Below are positions 20,717-31,812 of a DNA stretch of 64,000 nt, one piece after another. Source of the DNA: Acidobacteriota bacterium. GTDB taxonomy: Bacteria > Acidobacteriota > UBA6911. The notes under the pieces are model-generated. The model ran no database searches, was not told where the DNA came from, and was given only the letters and a program-made list of their open reading frames with translations. The DNA is taken from the NCBI GenBank assembly GCA_963664705.1, contig OY761556.1, positions 1,504,001 through 1,568,000 on the forward strand, written 5' to 3'. Within the stretch, counting starts at the first letter, position 1; every line of letters starts with the position of its first letter. The translations under genes were made by a program, and so were the position numbers.

Positions 20717-21811
20717 ATGGAACGAATGGAGCAGTGGACGATTGATTTACGCAACAGCGTTACTCAGGGGCAGCAGCTTGCCGCGGATTTTGGCGCGGAC
20801 GCCTCGGAGATCGACGCCATCTGCAAAGAGTATCCGATGCGAATTCCCAAGTATTACTACAACCTGATCAAAGGGAAAGGGGATCCCGTCTGGATGCAAT
20901 CGGTGCCGTCGATCCAGGAGTTGCGCGATATGAATTCTCCGGAGGATCCGCTGCACGAAGAGGAAGACAGCCCCGTTCCACGGCTGACGCATCGCTATCC
21001 GGATCGCGTGCTCCTGCTCGTGACAGACCGCTGTCCGATGTACTGCCGTTTCTGCACGCGGAAGCGCATGGTCGGCAGGACCAGCACCATCACGGAAAAA
21101 ACCATCGCGATGGGCATCGACTATATTCGGAGCCATACCGAGATACGGGACGTACTGCTGTCCGGCGGTGATCCGCTGATGGTCAGCGACCGCAAACTGG
21201 AGCGGATTATTTCCAGCCTGCGCGCCATTCCGCATGTGGAGATCATTCGAATCGGAACGAGATTCCCCTGCGTCCTGCCGAGCCGGATCACGGATTCGCT
21301 CTGCAACATGTTGAAGAAATATCATCCGATCTTCATCAACACCCATTTCAATCACCCGCAGGAAGTGACGCCGCAGGCGAAGGAAGCCTGCGAACGCCTG
21401 TCGAACGCGGGAATCCCACTGGGCTGCCAGACTGTTCTCATGAAGGGGGTTAACGACGACCCTGCGATTTTGAAAGAGCTGATGCACAAGCTCCTGATGA
21501 TGCGAGTGCGCCCCTACTACCTGTATCAGGCAGACCTTACCCGGGGAACCAATCACTTCCGCACCCGTGTGGAAGCCGGACTGCAAATCATGCAGTCCAT
21601 GCGCGGATACACCACCGGGTTCGGAGTGCCGCAGTTTGTGATCGATGCTCCCGGCGGCGGAGGTAAAATCCCCCTGATGCCGGACTATGTCGTTCGATTT
21701 GATGAGAAGGAAATCGTACTGCGGAATTTTGAGGGGAAACAGTACCGGTATCCGCAGGCGGATCAGCCCTACGTCAAAGATACGCGCGACGTCGAACTGA
21801 TCAACTTCTAG
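20717..21811 (+). CDS. KamA family radical SAM protein (lysine 2,3-aminomutase-like)
   Basis: THRYPDR, CPMYCRFC, SGGDPL, HFNHP, PYYLYQAD, DAPGGGGKIP (PLP lysine). Confidence 0.92.
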   Translation: MERMEQWTIDLRNSVTQGQQLAADFGADASEIDAICKEYPMRIPKYYYNLIKGKGDPVWMQSVPSIQELRDMNSPEDPLHEEEDSPVPRLTHRYPDRVLLLVTDRCPMYCRFCTRKRMVGRTSTITEKTIAMGIDYIRSHTEIRDVLLSGGDPLMVSDRKLERIISSLRAIPHVEIIRIGTRFPCVLPSRITDSLCNMLKKYHPIFINTHFNHPQEVTPQAKEACERLSNAGIPLGCQTVLMKGVNDDPAILKELMHKLLMMRVRPYYLYQADLTRGTNHFRTRVEAGLQIMQSMRGYTTGFGVPQFVIDAPGGGGKIPLMPDYVVRFDEKEIVLRNFEGKQYRYPQADQPYVKDTRDVELINF

Positions 21812-21930
21812 GTTCCTTCGATGGAAGTGCAGAGCTTTTGCCGGGAGCGCCGCGGTTGTTGCCACCAAAGCCGGTGCTCCCGGCAAAATAGGTTCCATAA
21901 ATAAATGGGGTTGATTAGTTTTTATCTTTG

Positions 21931-22153
21931 AACCGCGAAGACCTCGAAGACCGCAAAGATTTTTTGGCTCATTTTGCTGCTGGGCAATGAGATAGTGTGA
22001 TGGATAGGAAAGAAGTTGTGCATCATATTGTCGATTCAGCGGTGCCTGATGTATGAAGCATCAGGGATGAAAGCCAGCGTATGATCTGGCGAGAACGATA
22101 ACCGCAAAACCTGCTAAAATATTTTCTTTGCGGTCTTCGGGGTCTTCGCGGTT
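21931..22153. pseudogene. Eroded GxxExxY-family cassette between 29-bp inverted repeats
   Basis: aaccgcgaagacctcgaagaccgcaaaga and its inverse (28 of 29 match); internal remnant MDRKEVVHHIVDSAV then LMYE from 22000. Confidence 0.5.
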
Positions 22154-22427
22154 AATGGGGTTGCTAATTCGGTCAAGTCAGGTTTTGTTAGGAGCGCAGC
22201 GGTTGTTGCCACCAAAGCTGGCGCTCCGGTAAAAACAGGTTCCAGATCTTTGTACCCAATCAATAACGAGCAGCATTAGGGAAGTACCGCCCGACTTCTT
22301 TAGTGCTACATCGGACAAACCGGCGCTTTCGCTGACGACAGGCGCCGTGGCACTATTTCCACTAAAGGTTTTCTTGCACTGCCGTGTTTCGGCTGATAAT
22401 CTGCGCAAATAATGTGAGGGACGTGCG

Positions 22428-24092
22428 ATGAAGTTTATTTTTGTAACGGGCGGAGTTCTTTCATCGTTGGGAAAAGGGTTGGCAAGCGCTTCCATCGGCT
22501 GTCTTCTGGAAGCTCGCGGCTTGAAGGTCAATTTCCTTAAGCTGGATCCGTATATCAATGTGGATCCGGGTACCATGAGTCCTTTCCAGCACGGAGAGGT
22601 CTTCGTGACCGACGACGGCGCGGAAACCGATTTGGACCTTGGGCATTACGAACGGTTCGCCAACGTACGGCTCACCAAAGAGAACAACTCCACAACCGGC
22701 AGGATTTACCAGACCGTGATCGACAAGGAACGCAAAGGGGAGTTCCTCGGCAAAACGGTCCAGGTGATCCCTCATATCACCAATGAAATCAAGGCGACTA
22801 TTCGAAAAGTTGCCCAGGATGTGGATGTTGCGATTATAGAAATAGGCGGAACCGTCGGCGACATCGAGAGCTTGCCTTTCCTGGAATCCATCCGCCAGAT
22901 GCGCAATGAGGTTGGTCGGGAAAACTCGATTTTTGTGCATTTGACACTTGTACCTTATATTGGAACTTCCGGTGAATTAAAGACAAAACCGACTCAACAC
23001 AGCGTCAAGGAACTGCGCGAAATCGGTATCCAGCCTGATATCCTGCTGTGCCGGACCAACCGCCTTCTGGGGAAAGAGATCAAATCCAAGATTGCGCTGT
23101 TCTGTAACGTTTCCGAAAAGGACGTCATTACGGCACTGGATGTACACAATATTTATGAAGTACCGCTCGTGTATCACAGTGAAGGTCTCGATGACACGAT
23201 TGTCAGCCACCTGTCTCTTCCGGAGCAGGCGCCGGATCTGACCCGCTGGGAGAAGATGATTGAGGCGGCGCGCAATCCACTCGATTCCGTGCAGATTGGA
23301 ATTGTGGGGAAGTACGTCGAGTACGAAGACTCATACAAGAGCCTCAATGAAGCGCTTTATCATGGCGGGTTGGCCAATCAGCTGCGTGTGGAGCTGAAGT
23401 GGGTGGAATCGGAAGGTCTGATTGATGAAATGCTGGACGAGCAGTTGGGTAAGTATGACGCGATCCTTGTTCCCGGTGGATTCGGGAAACGGGGAATTGA
23501 GGGCATGATCAAAGCGGCGCAATGGGCGCGTGTAAAGAAGGTCCCATACTTTGGCATTTGCCTGGGCATGGAATGCGCGGTGATTGAGTATGCGCGCAAT
23601 GTCTGTGGGCTGCAGGCAGACAGTTCCGAGTTCGATCCCGCAGCGCCGCATCGGGTGTTCTACATGTTGCGGGAACTGCTTGGAAGCGAAGTCATGGGGG
23701 GGAACATGCGGTTGGGCGCGTATCCTTGCCTTATCGAGCCCAATTCGCTGGCACACAAAGTTTACGGGGCCAAGGAAATCTCCGAGCGGCATCGTCATCG
23801 CTATGAGTTCAACCGGGAATACGAGAAGATCATCACCAGTTATGGCATGAAGTTTTCGGGCAACTCTCCGGATGGCAACTTCGTGGAGATCGCGGAGCTT
23901 CCGGGCCATCCATGGTTCCTGGGTTGTCAGTTCCACCCGGAGTTCAAATCGAAGCCGCTGCAGCCGCATCCTCTGTTTGCGAGCTTTATCGGCGCCGCCT
24001 GTCTGCATAAGTCGGACAGGAGGAAGCACGCCGAAGAGGCGGCGCAGGCCGAAATCCAGGTTCCCAAGAATCAAGATACGGCCCGGTCCTGA
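22428..24092 (+). CDS. pyrG: CTP synthase
   Basis: [53 protein letters not shown]. Confidence 0.98.
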   Translation: MKFIFVTGGVLSSLGKGLASASIGCLLEARGLKVNFLKLDPYINVDPGTMSPFQHGEVFVTDDGAETDLDLGHYERFANVRLTKENNSTTGRIYQTVIDKERKGEFLGKTVQVIPHITNEIKATIRKVAQDVDVAIIEIGGTVGDIESLPFLESIRQMRNEVGRENSIFVHLTLVPYIGTSGELKTKPTQHSVKELREIGIQPDILLCRTNRLLGKEIKSKIALFCNVSEKDVITALDVHNIYEVPLVYHSEGLDDTIVSHLSLPEQAPDLTRWEKMIEAARNPLDSVQIGIVGKYVEYEDSYKSLNEALYHGGLANQLRVELKWVESEGLIDEMLDEQLGKYDAILVPGGFGKRGIEGMIKAAQWARVKKVPYFGICLGMECAVIEYARNVCGLQADSSEFDPAAPHRVFYMLRELLGSEVMGGNMRLGAYPCLIEPNSLAHKVYGAKEISERHRHRYEFNREYEKIITSYGMKFSGNSPDGNFVEIAELPGHPWFLGCQFHPEFKSKPLQPHPLFASFIGAACLHKSDRRKHAEEAAQAEIQVPKNQDTARS

Positions 24093-24099
24093 GGATTGA

Positions 24100-24924
24100 A
24101 TGGGTTCTGTCAAAATCGGTTCGATAAAACTCGGCAGTAAAGGCCGGCCGTTTTTCATTGCGGGCCCCTGCGTCATTGAAAGTGAGAAGCATTGCCTGAA
24201 GATGGCGGAGCGGCTGGCGTCGTACGCGGCACGGCTCGACGTTGACCTTATTTTCAAGGCGTCGTTCGACAAGGCAAACCGTACATCCGTCAGCTCCTAT
24301 CGAGGGCCGGGACTGGAAGACGGGTTGCGCATTCTCGAAAAAGCGCGCGACGTCAGTGGTCTTCCCGTCCTCAGCGATGTTCACGAAATGGACCAGGTAT
24401 CTGCGGCGGCGCAGGTATTGGATGTTCTTCAGATTCCCGCATTTCTTTGCCGTCAAACCGATCTGATCCAGGCAGCGGCCAAGTCCGGCCGCTGCGTGAA
24501 TTTAAAAAAAGGGCAATTTCTATCTCCTCTGGAGATGCGGAAGGTACTCGAAAAAGCGCTGGCGACGGGCAATCACAATATCCTGTTGACCGAGCGTGGA
24601 GCTTCGTTCGGATACAACAACCTTGTCGTGGATTTTCGCTCCTTTGTGATCATGCAGTCTTTTAGACAACCGGTGATCTTTGATGTGACCCATAGCGTGC
24701 AGGCTCCTGGAGGGCAGGGGGACAAATCGGGTGGAGACTCTCGGTTTATCCCGTACCTGGCGCGTGCCGGCGCCGCCGCCGGTGTGGACGGGTTCTTTTT
24801 CGAGGTTCATGATAATCCCTCCCTGGCCCTGTCGGACGGCCCCAATTCTCTCGACCTGAAAACCTTTCCCCGGCTGATTGAGGACATTCTGCGGATTCGC
24901 GGTGCGCTGCGGAGGACCCTGTGA
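24100..24924 (+). CDS. kdsA: KDO-8-phosphate synthase
   Basis: AGPCVIES, KASFDKANRTS, QIPAFLCRQTD, DVTHSVQ. Confidence 0.97.
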   Translation: MGSVKIGSIKLGSKGRPFFIAGPCVIESEKHCLKMAERLASYAARLDVDLIFKASFDKANRTSVSSYRGPGLEDGLRILEKARDVSGLPVLSDVHEMDQVSAAAQVLDVLQIPAFLCRQTDLIQAAAKSGRCVNLKKGQFLSPLEMRKVLEKALATGNHNILLTERGASFGYNNLVVDFRSFVIMQSFRQPVIFDVTHSVQAPGGQGDKSGGDSRFIPYLARAGAAAGVDGFFFEVHDNPSLALSDGPNSLDLKTFPRLIEDILRIRGALRRTL

Positions 24925-25898
24925 AAGCCGTCGGGACGCATCTTGCGTTGGCAACGGCCGCCCGTGTTCTCGAGGCGGAAGCGGAAGCGATTCGGACACT
25001 CATCGACCGGCTTGGAGAATCCTTTTTGACCGCGGTAGATCTGGCCGTCTCGTGCTCGGGGAAGATCGCGGTAACGGGGCTGGGAAAATCCGGAATCATC
25101 TGCAAGAAGATTGCCGCCACGCTCAGCAGCACGGGGTCTCCTTCCATCTTTCTGCACGCGGCTGATGCTCTGCATGGCGATTGTGGACTGCTTGGAAAAG
25201 AAGATGTGGTGCTGGCGATTTCCAAAAGTGGCGAAACGGAAGAGGTGCTGCAGATTCTGAATGTCGCAAAGCGAATGGGACTGCCGGTGATTGCGATGGC
25301 CGGCGAGCCGGGATCCTCGCTGGCGCAGTTCGCCGATGTGTTTCTGGACGTCAGCGTCGCCGAAGAAGCGTGCCCGCTCGGGCTGGCGCCCACTACCAGT
25401 ACGGCCGCGGCACTGGCAATGGGTGATGCCCTGGCGATGGCTCTCATGGAAAGAAAGGGCTTCGGCAAAAACGATTTCGCTTCGTTGCATCCGGCCGGCA
25501 GCCTGGGGAAAAAGCTGTTGCGTGTCAGGGAATTGATGCATACGGGAGCTGGGATCCCGCGCGTGCTCGAGTCGACGCCAATGGGCGATGCGATTTATGA
25601 GATGACCCGGAAGAGCCTTGGGATGACGGTGGTGACCGGCGAAGACGGCGTCCTGCTTGGCGTGGTTTCGGATGGCGATCTGCGACGCATGCTGCAGAAA
25701 TCCACCGATCCCATGAAGCTGAAGGCCGGGGAAGTGATGTCCCGGAATCCGAAGACCATTTCTGAGGATGAGCTGGCGACGGTGGCGCTGTCAAAGATGG
25801 AAGAGATGAAGATCACCAGCCTGGTAGTGGTGGATGCGGCCCGCGTGGTTACTGGCGTGGTGCATGTCCACGACCTGTGGCGCACCGAAATGTTCTGA
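24921..25898 (+). CDS. kdsD: Arabinose-5-phosphate isomerase (KpsF/GutQ; SIS plus two CBS domains)
   Basis: TGLGKSG, ISKSGET, EACPLGLAPTTST, HPAGSLG. Confidence 0.93.
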   Translation: MKAVGTHLALATAARVLEAEAEAIRTLIDRLGESFLTAVDLAVSCSGKIAVTGLGKSGIICKKIAATLSSTGSPSIFLHAADALHGDCGLLGKEDVVLAISKSGETEEVLQILNVAKRMGLPVIAMAGEPGSSLAQFADVFLDVSVAEEACPLGLAPTTSTAAALAMGDALAMALMERKGFGKNDFASLHPAGSLGKKLLRVRELMHTGAGIPRVLESTPMGDAIYEMTRKSLGMTVVTGEDGVLLGVVSDGDLRRMLQKSTDPMKLKAGEVMSRNPKTISEDELATVALSKMEEMKITSLVVVDAARVVTGVVHVHDLWRTEMF

Positions 25899-25931
25899 AA
25901 CCGGGAATACCGGGATCGGCGCCGCCGCGGC

Positions 25932-26034
25932 CAATGCCGCATATTATTGGCAAAAAGGCGCCTTGGAGCGCTGCAGCTTGCTGCCGCTTTTGAAGACCAT
26001 TAAAGCCGAAGGCGGTGGCAAGCTACCTCACTCC
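25932..26034. repeat. Solo MITE end followed by a REP-like inverted repeat
   Basis: caatgccgcatattattggcaaaaagg matches the reverse complement of the MITE right end; ggagcgctgcagcttgctgccgc ... gcggtggcaagctacctcactcc. Confidence 0.55.
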
Positions 26035-26089
26035 GAAGGGCTTCGCCCTCGATAAATAAGCCGAGCGCCCGTCATTTTTTGGCTGCCGG

Positions 26090-26614
26090 TTACATCCCCC
26101 AATAATCGTGCGTGTTGACCGGCTTTCCCTGGAGTTTCAGATAATAGAAAAGTTGTCCTTTATGGGCTTTCAGATGATCGATCATCTGAAGAAGACGGTG
26201 TCCCAGGCTCATGGGTGATGGGTCCCAGGGAGCCGGTGCCTGTTGGTTCTCCAGGTCTTCCTCTTTGCACCGGGCAAGGATTTCCAAAGCGGTTTTCTTG
26301 TCCTCGCGCAGCAGTTTTTGTCCCTCGGCAATACTGGCGACTGTGGGCATTTTCTCGGCAGGCGGGAGCATTTCCTCCTGCGGCAGCTTGCTTGGATCGA
26401 CATCCTGGGGCATTCCCCAATCTCCGGTTGCGAATCCTTTGAACGTCGCGCCGCAGGATGTGCACAGATGCATCAGGAGCTGTCCCGTGGTCATCCAATT
26501 CGGGCCGGTGGAAGGCTTCCAGGGAAGCATCTGATCATTGGCCAGGGAAACCAGTTTTTCGGTGGAAGCATAGGCAAATTCGAGTTCTGACTTCAGTAGT
26601 TCCGTCCATTTCAT
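26090..26614 (-). CDS. DinB family protein
   Basis: MKWTELLK...[19 protein letters not shown]...[17 protein letters not shown]; only the last part of the listed 683-aa ORF is real. Confidence 0.85.
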   Translation of the reverse strand: MKWTELLKSELEFAYASTEKLVSLANDQMLPWKPSTGPNWMTTGQLLMHLCTSCGATFKGFATGDWGMPQDVDPSKLPQEEMLPPAEKMPTVASIAEGQKLLREDKKTALEILARCKEEDLENQQAPAPWDPSPMSLGHRLLQMIDHLKAHKGQLFYYLKLQGKPVNTHDYWGM

Positions 26615-26755
26615 AAGGTTCCGCTTTCTGTGGGGGGAGTGGCTGAGGTAAGTGTAGCATTTTGCGCTGCGGAATCTAAAACCGCGCAAAACTCTGTGCC
26701 GATCTTTCCGGATGTCACTTGCGGTGGCCCCGGGCGATGGGTATGCTTTCGGCTT

Positions 26756-28261
26756 ATGTATTCCGACGACGATATCCGTACCTGCATCCGTGTACTCCAT
26801 GATCTGATATCCGATCCCGATGCCTTTGCGCGGCTTACGGAATCCGAACGCATAGAGCTTCTGCATGTGGCCGGACTTCTTTCCCGTCCGGACCGGGAGT
26901 CTCTCAAAAAAAGAAGCAAGGCCATTCGGAAGGAGATGCGATCCGCAAACACCCGGATAGAGCGCGCGGCTCGGGCTGCCACCGGCATCCGGAGCGCCAG
27001 GGAAGCAGCCGTATTCGCGGCACCCCGTATGCTCTCCGCGCCTGAAATCCCACACAACGTCGTGGAACTGAACTCTCCCCGCAACTGCTATATCTGCAAG
27101 GCCGAATTTACCAGGCTCCATTTCTTTTACGATGCGCTCTGTCCGGAATGCGCAGAGTTCAATTATGCCAAACGGTTTCAGACGGCGGATCTCAACGGAC
27201 AAACCGCACTCATCACCGGCGCCCGCGTGAAGATCGGGTACCAGGCAGCGCTCATGATGCTCCGCGCTGGAGCCAGGGTGATCGCCCTTACGCGGTTTCC
27301 CGCGGACGCAGCGCTCCGCTATTCGAAGGAGGAGGATTTCCCGAGCTGGAGCGACAGGCTTCAGATCTTTGGGGTGGATCTCCGCCACACGCCGAGCGTG
27401 GAAATTCTTGCGCGGCATATTGAGGAAACCGAAAACAGGCTCGACATTCTCGTTAACAATGCGGCTCAGACAGTCCGGCGTCCCCCCCAGTTTTATGCGC
27501 ATCTTCTTGAAAATGAACGCCACGGCCGTTCGATCCTTACAGCCGCGCAACAGGATCTTCTCGCGGGATATAGCGATTGCGTGCGGAGGCTGGGAACGGA
27601 ACCTGACCGGGCCAATCTGCCGGTCCGGTGGCAATCGAGAACGCCGGGAATTGGGATTTCCCGATCCGCGGAGCTGTCGCAAATCGCCTATGAACACGAT
27701 CAGTCGCTCGAACTCGAAACGGTTTTTCCGGAGGGGAAACTGGATGCCGACCTTCAGCAGGTGGATCTTCGGAATGTCAACAGCTGGAGACTGAAACTGG
27801 GCGATGTTAAAACCTCGGAGATGATCGAGCTCCAACTGGTAAACGCGGTCGCTCCCTTTGTGCTCTGCAACAGGCTGCTGAATCTCATGAAACGCGACTT
27901 CACAGGCTGCAAGCACATCGTGAATGTCTCCGCCATGGAAGGTAAATTCCTCCGATTTAAAACGAATGGCAGGCATCCGCATACCAATATGGCAAAGGCT
28001 GCCTTGAATATGCTGACCCACACTTCGGCGTCGGATCTGGCCGGCTTCGGCATTTTCATGAACGCCGTGGATACGGGCTGGGTAACCGACGAAGATCCGG
28101 TTCTGCTTGCGCAGCGGAAACAGGAATTGCATGATTTCCAACCGCCGCTCGACATCGTGGACGGAGCCGCACGCGTTTGCGATCCGTTTTTCGACGGCAT
28201 CAAGTCAGGCACGCACTGGTGTGGGAAGTTTTTGAAAGATTACAGGCCGATAGACTGGTGA
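26756..28261 (+). CDS. SDR oxidoreductase with N-terminal CxxC...CxxC extension
   Basis: CYICK...[38 protein letters not shown]. Confidence 0.88.
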   Translation: MYSDDDIRTCIRVLHDLISDPDAFARLTESERIELLHVAGLLSRPDRESLKKRSKAIRKEMRSANTRIERAARAATGIRSAREAAVFAAPRMLSAPEIPHNVVELNSPRNCYICKAEFTRLHFFYDALCPECAEFNYAKRFQTADLNGQTALITGARVKIGYQAALMMLRAGARVIALTRFPADAALRYSKEEDFPSWSDRLQIFGVDLRHTPSVEILARHIEETENRLDILVNNAAQTVRRPPQFYAHLLENERHGRSILTAAQQDLLAGYSDCVRRLGTEPDRANLPVRWQSRTPGIGISRSAELSQIAYEHDQSLELETVFPEGKLDADLQQVDLRNVNSWRLKLGDVKTSEMIELQLVNAVAPFVLCNRLLNLMKRDFTGCKHIVNVSAMEGKFLRFKTNGRHPHTNMAKAALNMLTHTSASDLAGFGIFMNAVDTGWVTDEDPVLLAQRKQELHDFQPPLDIVDGAARVCDPFFDGIKSGTHWCGKFLKDYRPIDW

Positions 28262-28883
28262 AGGAAAAGAAGGCAGGAGACATGACAAAGCAGGATTAAT
28301 CATCGGTGAATGCACGCCACAGGCCGGAAGCACAGACTAGTTCACTGGAGCAGCATTCCCTGCATTCTCCACCAGGCAGAGATAATCGTGAAAAGCGCAT
28401 CCGCCCGTGATGGACACAACGGGCGGGATGCCTTGTTCGAATGCTATTTGACGATTAGTTCGCTGTCGTGCCGTCGCGACCATTGGGGCCACCCGGGCCA
28501 GCCAGGGATTGGATTAAGCGTACCACTTCATCGATACCTAACTTCGTTTGCAGCGCGGTTACCTGATCTACCGTCAATATTTTGATAACACTCACGGCAA
28601 AATCAATCTCGGCGGCCTCTCGCGTCAACGCTTCTGCGCTCCTCTCATCCTGCAAAAAATGGGAATGGCGTTAAATTATTGTTAACCCGCTGTTCTTGAA
28701 TTCATCGCATCACCCTGTTGCATCAACGCTCAACGGAAGCTGGACGGATATACAAGGAAGGCTATCTGAACCATCCGGTCTTTCTGGTATGCTGTGCAAT
28801 CAGATATGGACTATGGAATCTGAACGGTGCCGCAATGCTGTGTTGGGGCATGTATCCTTCGATTGCTTTAGTGAGAGATCTTA

Positions 28884-30368
28884 ATGCGCGTAATGCTGAT
28901 CAATCCCCTGAGCGGCTGGTTTAAATATGACCCGATGGGGATGCCTCCGCTCGGTGTGTTGACTGTTGCCGCCAAACTTCGGCGGGAAGGGCATGAGGTT
29001 GTTTTCGTCGACCGCAATGCGCAGGCTTTCGGGAACAAAGAGAATGGCGCTTTTGCCGGCGGGCAGGATATTGATCTCATCAAAGCTCTCGATAAAAGGA
29101 CCCGGTCTGAGGTTTCCCGGTTTAAGCCCGACATAGTGGGTCTCACTGTGATGACCAGCCAATTGCGCGATGCGCGACATGTTGCGGATTTGGCGCGATC
29201 TGCATGCCGCAGCCAAACTTTGATTGTTGCCGGAGGTTACCATCCGACTTCTGAGCCGTTGACCATATTTCGCGATATCCCAAGCCTGGATATTGCCGTT
29301 CGGGGCCAGGGAGAGTTCGCCATGACTTTACTGGCCGATGGGCTGCCACTCGGCAAAATTCCAGGCCTGACTTACCGGGCTGCGAGGCGAGAGGATCGGA
29401 GCGTTTTGAGTTTTTTCCGCAGGCGGCGATCCGAGTTAAGTCCGAGCTCAATTCTCAGCACAGCGGACGGGCCCTGGTCCAAAGATCGCTTTTTTACAGT
29501 GCGTCCGGCGCGAGATCTCCTGGACAAGTCCTATTACCAGCGCGAAGGGGACGGTGTTATCAATTGCTATTACTTCCGGCAGCCGGCATCGATTATTTCC
29601 TCGAGAGGCTGCCCCAAACGCTGCGCGTTCTGTGCCTCCGTGCTGATGGAAGACAAGCTGTTTTTTAGTCCCGTTGAGGCATTGATCCAGGAAATCGAAG
29701 AACTGGTCGACAACGGCGTAACGGGCCTGTTTTTTTACGATATCAATTTTCCGGTGTATCGGAAGCGCGCGCGATCCTTCTGCTCGGCCATGGTCGAGCG
29801 TGGCCTGGCGGACCGGGTCAAGTGGATTGCCTGTGCCTCAGCCGACGATCTTCCCTATGAATTGTTGCCTGATATGAGACGGGCGGGCTGCATAGGGATC
29901 GTTTTTGGTTTCGAGTCCGCATCGCAGCGCGTGCTGGATATTCTCGGCAAACGAACGGCCGCCGAACTGAACCAGAAGGCGGTCGATGCATGCAAAGCCA
30001 ACGACATCCGGCCGCAATCCGGCTTCATTGTGGGGGTTCCGGGAGAAACCGAAACGGATATTCGGATAAGCCTGGATTTTATTGCAAAAAACAATCTGCT
30101 GAGCAGTCTTAACCTGCTGCTCCCCTTGCCTGGGACTCCCATCAACAAACAGTTGCGGGAGATGGGAAAACTGAATTGTGAAGATCCTGATTACTGGGGA
30201 TTAATCGCTGATACGAATGCGCCCATAATACCGTCGCGCGTTTACAATGATTTGCCGTTCGATCATTTTATGGAGCTTTATAATTACGGGATGCAGACGG
30301 TTTGTGCCCCTACATGGAAGACCGTATTTGCTGATAGACCGTCTGTCCCCAAGCCGGCGGATAAGTAG
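28884..30368 (+). CDS. Cobalamin-binding radical SAM protein
   Basis: PPLGVL, PDIVGLTV, AGGYHPT, SRGCPKRCAFC, GFESAS, FIVGVPGET. Confidence 0.9.
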   Translation: MRVMLINPLSGWFKYDPMGMPPLGVLTVAAKLRREGHEVVFVDRNAQAFGNKENGAFAGGQDIDLIKALDKRTRSEVSRFKPDIVGLTVMTSQLRDARHVADLARSACRSQTLIVAGGYHPTSEPLTIFRDIPSLDIAVRGQGEFAMTLLADGLPLGKIPGLTYRAARREDRSVLSFFRRRRSELSPSSILSTADGPWSKDRFFTVRPARDLLDKSYYQREGDGVINCYYFRQPASIISSRGCPKRCAFCASVLMEDKLFFSPVEALIQEIEELVDNGVTGLFFYDINFPVYRKRARSFCSAMVERGLADRVKWIACASADDLPYELLPDMRRAGCIGIVFGFESASQRVLDILGKRTAAELNQKAVDACKANDIRPQSGFIVGVPGETETDIRISLDFIAKNNLLSSLNLLLPLPGTPINKQLREMGKLNCEDPDYWGLIADTNAPIIPSRVYNDLPFDHFMELYNYGMQTVCAPTWKTVFADRPSVPKPADK

Positions 30369-30411
30369 CGAAGCCGTTGGTCCGGATGGATGCATCGGAG
30401 GCTGAAAAGGA

Positions 30412-31653
30412 GTGGAGATGGAGGCAGGAAATACTGGCGCGCGCCATTTCGACGCGGAGCGTGCACGAAGCTATTGGCGTTACGCGCCGTCGGGGTTGGG
30501 CAAGCATGACACGCGCCTGCTGGCTACATTACCTGATACGGAATTGCTGCAGATCTGGAATGATGCCTTTATCGCTCGATTCCGCGGCTATCCGGAGGAA
30601 GATATTTTCGCTCAAATTGCAGCGCAGGATTTTGCCAGCCGCCGCATACTGTCCATCGGATCGGGGCTTGGATTTCATGAGGTCCTCTATGCCTCCAGAG
30701 GTGCTGAGGTCACCTGTGCCGATATTGTCGAAAGCAACCTCGCGGTAATCAACCGCATTGCTTCATTAAGGGGCGTGGCCGATCGAATCAAGACCCTGTA
30801 CTGCGCCGATAGCTCCGAGGCGGTGTACGGCGGCCCCTATGATGTCGTGTTTATTTATGGTTCGCTGATGGTGATGCCTGAATCCATGCAGCGAAACCTG
30901 TTGGCTCGCGCAAAGGCCTCTTTGACGCCGCGCGGCCAAATGATCCTGATGCTTTACACATGGCAATTTGCTCGAAGCACCTGTGGATGGGATTCCCCTG
31001 AGCACTTTGACCCTCTGGTTTTTGCCCGGGCTTCAGATCCAAGCGTGGGCGAGGAGCATTGTCCTTGGTCCGACTGGCATGATGATAGGAAGGTGCTCGA
31101 GTTGGTGGGTTCTGATATGGCGATTGCACGCCGCCAAACCTGGAACAATGCACTTTATATCTGGTACCTTTTGCAGCCTGGCCCGGCGCCGCAAAGGATC
31201 GAGCCTTTTTACAGCCTGTCCGAAATTGTAGCCCGGATGAGCCGTCGGCTTGATCTAAGCCCGAACCAATGGAACGCCTATGCGGCCAGTTCAAAAGTCC
31301 GCAACTCCGATGTCCTGGTCCACACCCAGAAGAATACCGCAAGTTACGCGTTGGGGTCGGCAACATTGAGCCGGGATGCCGATGCGGGCGGAGCAAATTG
31401 CATCTGCATGGATGTCAGCGTTCATGAAGGAGCGTTGTCCATTGGCATTCTTGATGCCGATTCCCAGAAGTTCGTTGCCTCCCAGATCATCACACAACCG
31501 GGGCGACAGACGGCGTTGATTGCATCCGATCTGCCGGAACGTTATCAGATCATTATTTCGAATTTCCGGCCGGAAGCGGCCGCCGTTTCGGTATTCACGA
31601 TTCACAAAGTCACAGCGGGTTGCCATCCCTGGCTATCCGTGCAAGGATTCTAA
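30412..31653 (+). CDS. Class I SAM methyltransferase with an extra C-terminal beta-rich domain
   Basis: ILSIGSGLG, VTCADI, YDVVF, LTPRG. Confidence 0.75.
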   Translation: MEMEAGNTGARHFDAERARSYWRYAPSGLGKHDTRLLATLPDTELLQIWNDAFIARFRGYPEEDIFAQIAAQDFASRRILSIGSGLGFHEVLYASRGAEVTCADIVESNLAVINRIASLRGVADRIKTLYCADSSEAVYGGPYDVVFIYGSLMVMPESMQRNLLARAKASLTPRGQMILMLYTWQFARSTCGWDSPEHFDPLVFARASDPSVGEEHCPWSDWHDDRKVLELVGSDMAIARRQTWNNALYIWYLLQPGPAPQRIEPFYSLSEIVARMSRRLDLSPNQWNAYAASSKVRNSDVLVHTQKNTASYALGSATLSRDADAGGANCICMDVSVHEGALSIGILDADSQKFVASQIITQPGRQTALIASDLPERYQIIISNFRPEAAAVSVFTIHKVTAGCHPWLSVQGF

Positions 31654-31812
31654 ATGAAAGGCGCATGGACTCCACCGCCATGCTGGAAGTGCTGGTGCGA
31701 ATACCCGCAAGAACCAATCGATTTCGCTTTTTAAAATGGCACAAAAGATAGAATCAGCGGGAATCCGAGGCGTTTTTACGCCAAAATTTATAACTGGAAT
31801 GAAAAGAGCGCA

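Noticed and set aside
26615-28141. N-terminal part of the 683-aa minus-strand ORF
   Set aside because: Antisense shadow of the SDR gene; only 26090-26614 looks like a real DinB protein
28262-28883. Gene or HTH remnant between the SDR and radical SAM genes
   Set aside because: Only short ORFs without convincing motifs
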